Virus record (IMG/VR): IMGVR_UViG_3300013195_000001
Span: 1 to 5,008 of that record
From: a virus
Length of the DNA: 5,008 bases
Reading direction: 5' to 3' (one strand)
In this document: positions 1 through 4,173 of the stretch, piece by piece
How the letters are laid out: the number at the start of each line of letters is the position of its first letter
Numbering within the stretch: position 1 is the first letter of the stretch
Notes under the pieces: generated by a model
Database searches by the model: none
What the model was told of the DNA's origin: nothing
Seen by the model: the letters and a program-made list of their open reading frames with translations, nothing else
Translations under genes and position numbers: made by a program

Positions 1-107
1 CATTGATTGTAACACTTTCAACTTCTCCCTGTAATTTAACATCTGTTGTCTGAGCTCCATAAGTAACTTCTAAATCACCTATACCGTAACCATAATTGCC
101 AATACTA
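1..107. repeat. Terminal redundancy, copy 1 (identical to 4902..5008); signature of a circular contig
   Basis: Base-by-base comparison shows 1..107 equals 4902..5008 exactly. The repeat lies inside the capsid ORF and preserves its frame. Confidence 0.95.
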
Positions 108-847
108 GCCTGTAAATCTCCATATTGTCCGTATCCTGTATTTGCATCTACTACTTTATCAACTGAAACTGTACCTAGTGGTAACTCTACCTCTGTTCCT
201 CTTTGCAAAAAGGGTAAAGATGAAGTAAAATAATCTTTCTCCCAATTTGAACGTCTTAAATCTAATTGATCATTAACATGAAATCCTGATTGTAATATTC
301 CACTATTTGTATGCTGTATATATTCTGTACCTACATTCTGATCTCTAAAATATTCATGATATATTAACTGATATGCACGGAATGGCAATAATGATATATA
401 CTGAAATTCAGGTGTTGTTGTTGCAACATTTGTCCAAGCACCACCATCTTGAGTACCTGACATACTGGATTCTAATGGAGGTACGCCTAAATAATCTGCT
501 AAACTTCCTTTGACTAATTTATTTTTTGTCGTTGAATTAACTTCTAATCTTGGAAAACTCGGTAAATCGTTGCCATCTTCACCACCTGTTATAAAATCTT
601 TCCACTCATCGAAAACTAATCGATAAGGGACAAAGAAATAATCCATTTTAAAATCTACATTATGCATCATAGGTGCTAATAATGGACTAAAACGAATCAT
701 CTGTTGGGTATTTACTCTAAAACTATCACCTGGAATAACGTCTTGAATAAATGCCGGATATAAATAACCCATGTTTCCGGTCTGTTTTACCTCGCGTGAT
801 AAGTCAAACTTATTCTTACGAGGTTTGTTTACTTGTATACTATTCAT
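1..847 (-). CDS. VP1: Major capsid protein (Microviridae VP1/F family), N-terminal 282 codons plus 1 nt. The ORF continues across the circular junction into 4174..4901, giving 1575 nt in total (524 aa plus stop).
   Basis: Hand translation of the minus strand from the ATG at 847..845 shows no stops down to position 1: MNSIQVNKPRKNKFDLSREVKQTGNMGYLYPAFIQDVIPGDSFRVNTQQMIRFSPLLAPMMHNVDFKMDYFFVPYRLVFDEWKDFITGGEDGN...RSNWEKDYFTSSLPFLQRGTEV.... Hallmark microvirus capsid motifs are present (FDLS..., G.L.P....V.PGD.F, DyFFVPyRlv.d.W..F, W.KDYFTs.LP..QrG). The frame is continuous with ORF 4174..4860: (4901+847)-4860 = 888, which is divisible by 3. Confidence 0.95.
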   Translation of the reverse strand, partial: MNSIQVNKPRKNKFDLSREVKQTGNMGYLYPAFIQDVIPGDSFRVNTQQMIRFSPLLAPMMHNVDFKMDYFFVPYRLVFDEWKDFITGGEDGNDLPSFPRLEVNSTTKNKLVKGSLADYLGVPPLESSMSGTQDGGAWTNVATTTPEFQYISLLPFRAYQLIYHEYFRDQNVGTEYIQHTNSGILQSGFHVNDQLDLRRSNWEKDYFTSSLPFLQRGTEVELPLGTVSVDKVVDANTGYGQYGDLQASIGNYGYGIGDLEVTYGAQTTDVKLQGEVESVTIN

Positions 848-1758
848 AATGTTTCATTGTTGTTAACTAAATCTCTATGACGGATTAAGTCGCTATCCTT
901 AGCGTTTATATATTCGAGTAATTTACCGTCATAATATTTTTCTAATTTTTCCTCGAATGCTTTCATTTTTTTATCTAAATGTTCTTCGTAGCTTTTTCTA
1001 CTTAACTCAATTCTATCTTCTTTATTTATAAATAATCGTCTCAAATATGCTTTTGGTAATCTTCGAACTCTTCCATTCATGTCTCGTACCTCTAAACTTT
1101 CTGATTCAATATGGTGCGTTCCATAATTCTGTAAATATGCATTACCTATAATCGGTTTTTTGCTCATTAAACTAAATGGGGGAGTACGTCTATCTGTTTT
1201 TCTGTTAAACTGTTTAAACATATATTTTGTAACATAATTTATACTTGAACTAGTTACAGTACCTACATCAGCAAAACCCTTTTTCCATTGATTTTGTAAT
1301 GGTGCTATGTTGCCAATATCCATATTAAACAAGATAAGATGATAATGAGGACGACGAGTTTTGCTGCCATATTCACCGACTGCATAATAGCGTAATGGTT
1401 TGGCTCTAAACTTGACTTCCTTTTTTGATATGTTGAGCGTTTTACTGACATATTTTACATGATCATTTCGCAATCTCTTTATATAATCTTGAACATGTTT
1501 TTTAAATAATGTTTGATAACCTTGCTTAGTACGTGGTATGTGTAAATCATTGTACGTTAATGTTATAAAAAATGCGCTATCGCTAAATAAATACTCATGT
1601 TCTAATCTTAGACTCCATTCTGATCTGCGTTTTTTTTGACATGGTAAACACTTGCCACATGGTACTCTGAAATCTAAATCCTTAAGCTTAATACTATTTG
1701 CGCATGATGTACCAATAATATCCGGTACAAATCCGTACTCTGAATCTACTATCCTCAT
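844..1758 (-). CDS. VP4: Rolling-circle replication initiation protein (HUH endonuclease; Microviridae VP4 / phiX174 gene A family)
   Basis: 304-aa ORF with all three RCR motifs in order: motif I 'FFITLTY', motif II HUH 'RPHYHLILF', motif III 'INYVTKYMFK' with two tyrosines spaced YxxxY (compare YVAKY in phiX174 A). An N-terminal Cys cluster 'CGKCLPC' is typical of microvirus Reps. The stop TGA (846..844) overlaps the capsid ATG (847..845) as ATGA. Confidence 0.93.
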   Translation of the reverse strand: MRIVDSEYGFVPDIIGTSCANSIKLKDLDFRVPCGKCLPCQKKRRSEWSLRLEHEYLFSDSAFFITLTYNDLHIPRTKQGYQTLFKKHVQDYIKRLRNDHVKYVSKTLNISKKEVKFRAKPLRYYAVGEYGSKTRRPHYHLILFNMDIGNIAPLQNQWKKGFADVGTVTSSSINYVTKYMFKQFNRKTDRRTPPFSLMSKKPIIGNAYLQNYGTHHIESESLEVRDMNGRVRRLPKAYLRRLFINKEDRIELSRKSYEEHLDKKMKAFEEKLEKYYDGKLLEYINAKDSDLIRHRDLVNNNETL

Positions 1759-1848
1759 TTATGACATACGGATACCACCTCGCTTAGCGAGAATATATTT
1801 ACTGTTTCTTTTGCTTTTATATTTACGTTTTGTTCTAAATCTGTTCAT
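1759..1848 (-). CDS. Small, highly basic peptide (29 aa); candidate ssDNA-binding/packaging protein analogous to phiX174 J or gokushovirus VP8. It is absent from the supplied ORF track.
   Basis: Hand translation from the ATG at 1848..1846 gives MNRFRTKRKYKSKRNSKYILAKRGGIRMS followed by TAA (1761..1759). 12 of 29 residues are K or R and none are acidic. An in-frame stop lies 5 codons upstream, so 1848 is the first possible ATG. The stop abuts the Rep ATG at 1758 with no gap (TAAATG). It is on the same strand as all other genes. Confidence 0.55.
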   Translation of the reverse strand: MNRFRTKRKYKSKRNSKYILAKRGGIRMS

Positions 1849-1905
1849 ATCTATAATTTTAAATTAATGCCTCACAACGTGATTAGTTCGGTAAGGTTTT
1901 GGGGA

Positions 1906-2775
1906 CTAAAAACCTATTCCGTCTGGAAATAATTTTTTCCATATTAAATTTGCTGTTTTACTGCCCAATATTGCTGTTAGCTTTTCTAAAGACGCTAATC
2001 CTAATTGCGCACCAATAATACCTTGTACTATTACTCTATCTGTTTCATTATTAACAGGATCTAATCCTACTGCTGATAATGTGTCAAATATTGTAGAACC
2101 TGTTACTCCTTTATCTGTTTTCTGTTTTGTAAATAATGCAGTTGCCTTATTTAAATCTTCCTGGCTCATTAATGTTAACTTTTGTTGAGCTTTCAATATC
2201 GTGTCTTGACTTACATTTTTAACTCTTGCTATACTTTCAGATATATTCTGATTTTTAACTTCTATATCTTTAGCTAAATTTTGCATTTGGAATTGACTCA
2301 GTTGTTTAGCTATTCCATACTGTCCAGCATTAACTGCCGAGTCTATTCCCTTAGCAAGCGCATTCGCTTTATTAAGTTGAACTTGACTATTCATAACTGA
2401 CATTTGTGCACCAGCAGCTGCTGATTGTGCTATCTCTGCTCCACTAAATGTTGTTGGTATTGTATCTGCAGTTGGCATTGATGTATTTGTATTTCCTGTT
2501 GTACCTTGTCCATACATTAAAGCCGGATTTAAACCAGCATCTTTTAACCTTTTCATTTGATTAAGTGGTGTATTATATGCATTGGCATAATCAAACATGC
2601 CGCGGTCAAACTTTTGTTGCATTTCCATTAATGCTTTATTGTTGCCAAAAGTTCTTTCCTGCATTTCTTTTGTAAGATTCTCGTAATATTTACGCTCTCT
2701 TAATTGACGACTTCTTTGACCTAATTGCCCAAAAAAACCTGCCATTGATGTTAATAGTGCTATTGGAAAACTCAT
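1906..2775 (-). CDS. VP2: DNA pilot / minor capsid protein (Microviridae VP2, functional analogue of phiX174 H)
   Basis: 289-aa ORF. It has a hydrophobic N-terminus 'MSFPIALLTSMAGFFGQLG', the conserved 'NQMKRLKDAGLNPALMYG' block typical of microvirus VP2 proteins, and a long A/Q/N/S-rich, probably coiled-coil central region (AQSAAAGAQMSVMNSQVQLNKANALAKG...QNLAKDIEVKNQNISESIARVKN). Its position next to the other structural and replication genes fits. Confidence 0.85.
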   Translation of the reverse strand: MSFPIALLTSMAGFFGQLGQRSRQLRERKYYENLTKEMQERTFGNNKALMEMQQKFDRGMFDYANAYNTPLNQMKRLKDAGLNPALMYGQGTTGNTNTSMPTADTIPTTFSGAEIAQSAAAGAQMSVMNSQVQLNKANALAKGIDSAVNAGQYGIAKQLSQFQMQNLAKDIEVKNQNISESIARVKNVSQDTILKAQQKLTLMSQEDLNKATALFTKQKTDKGVTGSTIFDTLSAVGLDPVNNETDRVIVQGIIGAQLGLASLEKLTAILGSKTANLIWKKLFPDGIGF

Positions 2776-2844
2776 TATCTACCTATTTTACCGTCTTGGT
2801 CTATGTCAAATTTTACTACTTCTTCTAGCATTTTTATTGCTAAT

Positions 2845-3300
2845 TCAAGCAAACGCGGTAATATCGCAGTTGCTATTTTCATGATTAATTTTTGTTTCAT
2901 TGTTTATTTCTTTAATATTAATTTTGTCTTCGCCTCGCCATAATAATGACTCAACAATTTCAGTAGTTTGTCTACTATTGTGTATCATTGTTGGAATCTC
3001 ATCGTTCTCCTGGTATATTCCTACTCCGATGCACCCTTGTACATCGCCTCCACGATTAGCCGGATGTATACGAATTCCATATCTATTAGGAACTCCCATA
3101 ATTTCGAGTGTTTTAGTTTTAAACTTAGGACTAAGAGACCAACGCATACTATAAGTGCCAGCTTGTATACGTTTTTCATAATTTTCTACAGTGGAGAATT
3201 TTAGAACTCCATGATTTCTAGTTGTTATTTTTAGTACTCCAAACAAGTTGTTATAATTTCCTCTTGTTAATCTTTGTAGTGTTACATCAGTAATTATCAT
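2845..3300 (-). CDS. Accessory protein with a DUF5675-like core (conserved His...Cys signature); function unknown, candidate peptidoglycan-active or lysis enzyme
   Basis: 151-aa ORF on the same strand, and the first gene after the intergenic region. The segment 'FGVLKI...FSTVEN....IQAGTYSMRWSLSPKFKTKTLEIMGVPNRYGIRIHPANRGGDVQGCIGVG' matches my recollection of the DUF5675 pattern (G.L.....C.TlE.....IP.G.Y......SP.F......l..VPgr.gI.IH.gN...dt.GCI.vG) found mainly in Bacteroidota genomes and their phages. This was recognised from memory and not searched. Confidence 0.7.
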   Translation of the reverse strand: MIITDVTLQRLTRGNYNNLFGVLKITTRNHGVLKFSTVENYEKRIQAGTYSMRWSLSPKFKTKTLEIMGVPNRYGIRIHPANRGGDVQGCIGVGIYQENDEIPTMIHNSRQTTEIVESLLWRGEDKINIKEINNETKINHENSNCDITAFA

Positions 3301-3388
3301 ATTCGTAAATTGTTATAATGTTATTATGTTAATTATTCTCTGATTTTCACCATAATATATATTGTGTTAAATACATATTTTTCAGCTA

Positions 3389-3406
3389 TATCAAAGAACT
3401 TTGATA
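3389..3406. promoter_or_regulatory. Near-perfect 18-bp palindrome (8-bp arms TATCAAAG / CTTTGATA with a 2-nt centre); candidate operator, Rep-binding or promoter-associated site
   Basis: Read directly from the sequence: tatcaaag-aa-ctttgata, about 90 nt upstream (coding sense) of the DUF5675-like gene's ATG. The arm contains TTGATA(T), overlapping the nick-motif core found at 3501..3510. Confidence 0.4.
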
Positions 3407-3428
3407 AATATACAATTTTTTTTTTACT

Positions 3429-3446
3429 CCCCTACCCTAGTAGGGG
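3429..3446. repeat. GC-rich hairpin (7-bp stem CCCCTAC/GTAGGGG, 4-nt loop), flanked by T-runs on the window plus strand
   Basis: Read directly from the sequence: T10-act-CCCCTAC-ccta-GTAGGGG-ttattttgttttttttt. It looks like a terminator only in the plus-strand (non-coding) sense. On the coding-sense strand it is flanked by A-runs. Confidence 0.6.
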
Positions 3447-3473
3447 TTATTTTGTTTTTTTTTGGTTGTTTTT

Positions 3474-3490
3474 GTGACTTTTTTAGTCAC
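3474..3490. repeat. Short hairpin (6-bp stem GTGACT/AGTCAC, T5/A5 loop)
   Basis: Read directly from the sequence: gtgact-ttttt-agtcac, immediately adjacent to the 3491..3524 hairpin. Confidence 0.6.
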
Positions 3491-3524
3491 TAGGACATAC
3501 AATATCAAGTCGTTGTATGTCCTA
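3491..3524 (-). promoter_or_regulatory. Candidate viral-strand (rolling-circle) replication origin: a 12-bp stem-loop presenting a phiX174-like nick-site motif
   Basis: The minus strand reads 5'-TAGGACATACAA-CGACTTGATA-TTGTATGTCCTA-3', a perfect 12-bp stem with a 10-nt loop. The 10-mer ACTTGATATT (reverse complement of plus-strand 3501..3510 'aatatcaagt') is identical to the core of the phiX174 origin CAACTTG^ATATTAATAAC as I recall it. It lies on the coding-sense strand, the strand expected to be nicked. Confidence 0.5.
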
Positions 3525-3526
3525 AT

Positions 3527-3550
3527 AAAAAAAGGGGGTTATTAACCCCC
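3527..3550 (-). terminator. Rho-independent terminator ending the capsid / ORF72 / VP3-like transcription unit
   Basis: The minus strand reads TTTTTTA-GGGGGTTA-A-TAACCCCC-TTTTTTT-ATTAGG. This is a GC-rich stem (effectively about 6 bp with a 5-nt loop) followed by a T7 run, about 25 nt downstream of the VP3-like TAG stop (3577..3575). T-tracts flank it only in the minus-strand sense. Confidence 0.8.
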
Positions 3551-3574
3551 TAAAAAACTAACATAATAAACTAA

Positions 3575-3967
3575 CTATTCACTCTCCGTTGTTGTTTCTT
3601 TGTTGTTTTCTTGTACTGTTGCATTTGCTTGAGTTTGTGCTAATGCATCTGCTTTGGCCTTTTCATCTGCTTTTATCTTACTTTCCAAATCTTTTACTTG
3701 TGTATTTAACTCTTTTAGATATTGCAGCTTTTCTACTGGTTCCATTTCCTGAATCTTATTAAGAGACTGCGAACTAAATGTCGCTTGTTCTTCATAATAA
3801 GGCGTTTTATAATTGTCATAACTCATTCCCTGAGTATTTCTAAATAATATCTCTCGAATTGATTGACTTTGATTTGGCTTTGTGATAACTTCTCCTGAAT
3901 TATCTTCAGCCGTTACTTTTGCCGGATTCCACCGGTCCTTTACTGTCGGTTTAATTTTCTTTGCCAT
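3575..3967 (-). CDS. Putative internal scaffolding protein (VP3-like)
   Basis: 130-aa ORF of the size, charge pattern and position expected for VP3. 'TKPNQSQSIREILFRNTQGM' loosely resembles the gokushovirus VP3 block '..T.QS.....dIN.I..r...tG'. The C-terminus is an acidic and lysine-rich helix (LQYLKELNTQVKDLESKIKADEKAKADALAQ). It is followed directly by an intrinsic terminator. The assignment rests on weak similarity and synteny. Confidence 0.55.
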   Translation of the reverse strand: MAKKIKPTVKDRWNPAKVTAEDNSGEVITKPNQSQSIREILFRNTQGMSYDNYKTPYYEEQATFSSQSLNKIQEMEPVEKLQYLKELNTQVKDLESKIKADEKAKADALAQTQANATVQENNKETTTESE

Positions 3968-4169
3968 TTTCTTCTTTGTTTAATATTGACATTAAATTTG
4001 TGTTTAATCGTTGTACCTCTTTATAAAGAAGTGCTAATGCTGAACCATTTTCATAAACCATTTCTTCTATAGAATGATCTTTTATATACTGTTCTTTGTG
4101 TTCTTTCCATTTTGTCTGAAAATCTTTTACTTCTTTTTTACTTGGTTTTTCTGATTTAACTACTTTCAT
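3951..4169 (-). CDS. Hypothetical 72-aa protein (ORFan), K/E-rich and predicted helical
   Basis: The ORF sits tightly between the capsid stop (4-nt gap: TAA-aatt-ATG) and the VP3-like gene, overlapping its start by 17 nt. It has the same strand and similar composition to its neighbours. I recognise no motif and see no TM segment. Confidence 0.6.
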   Translation of the reverse strand: MKVVKSEKPSKKEVKDFQTKWKEHKEQYIKDHSIEEMVYENGSALALLYKEVQRLNTNLMSILNKEENGKEN

Positions 4170-4173
4170 AATT

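Larger units (their letters stand above)
3301..3574. other. Main non-coding control region of the genome (274 nt); very AT-rich with long homopolymer runs and at least four hairpins or palindromes
   Basis: This is the only long stretch without a same-strand ORF. It contains the terminator, the ori-like hairpin, two further hairpins, a palindrome and a T10 run at 3416..3425. A promoter for the DUF5675-like / VP2 / basic peptide / VP4 / VP1 genes must lie here, but I could not pin down confident -35/-10 or Bacteroidota -33/-7 boxes. Confidence 0.7.

Noticed and set aside
1-107. 107-nt direct repeat at both window ends as a possible LTR, IS terminal repeat or att site
   Set aside because: The repeat is exact, runs to the very ends of the window and lies within a single in-frame capsid ORF. 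It is therefore the overlap of a circular assembly, not a mobile-element boundary or integration site. There is no integrase or transposase.
1652-1867. Plus-strand 71-aa ORF with a very hydrophobic, TM-like C-terminus (IYLLFLLLLYLRFVLNLFISIIL); superficially attractive as a holin or E-like lysis protein
   Set aside because: It is antisense to the Rep start and to the basic peptide gene. The Leu/Phe-rich tail is simply the reverse complement of Lys/Arg/Asn-rich codons. All known Microviridae genes are on one strand, and no start context or promoter supports this ORF. A test would be strand-specific RNA-seq.
2900-3204. Two overlapping plus-strand ORFs (84 aa and 78 aa) inside the DUF5675-like gene
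   Set aside because: They are antisense to a well-supported CDS, have low-complexity hydrophobic composition typical of shadow ORFs in AT-rich DNA, and carry no recognisable motifs.
3301-3420. Attempted promoter calls (e.g. TTGATA...TATTTA, TTGTAT...GATATA, TATAAC near the ATG) for the long operon
   Set aside because: Several sigma70-like hexamer pairs can be drawn in such AT-rich sequence, and none stands out. No Bacteroidota TAnnTTTG box was found either. A specific promoter call would be unsupported without 5'-end mapping.
3429-3446. GC-rich hairpin followed by a T-rich tract on the plus strand, read as a bona fide terminator of a plus-strand gene
   Set aside because: No credible plus-strand gene exists to be terminated. 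It is kept only as a structural element of the control region (see findings).
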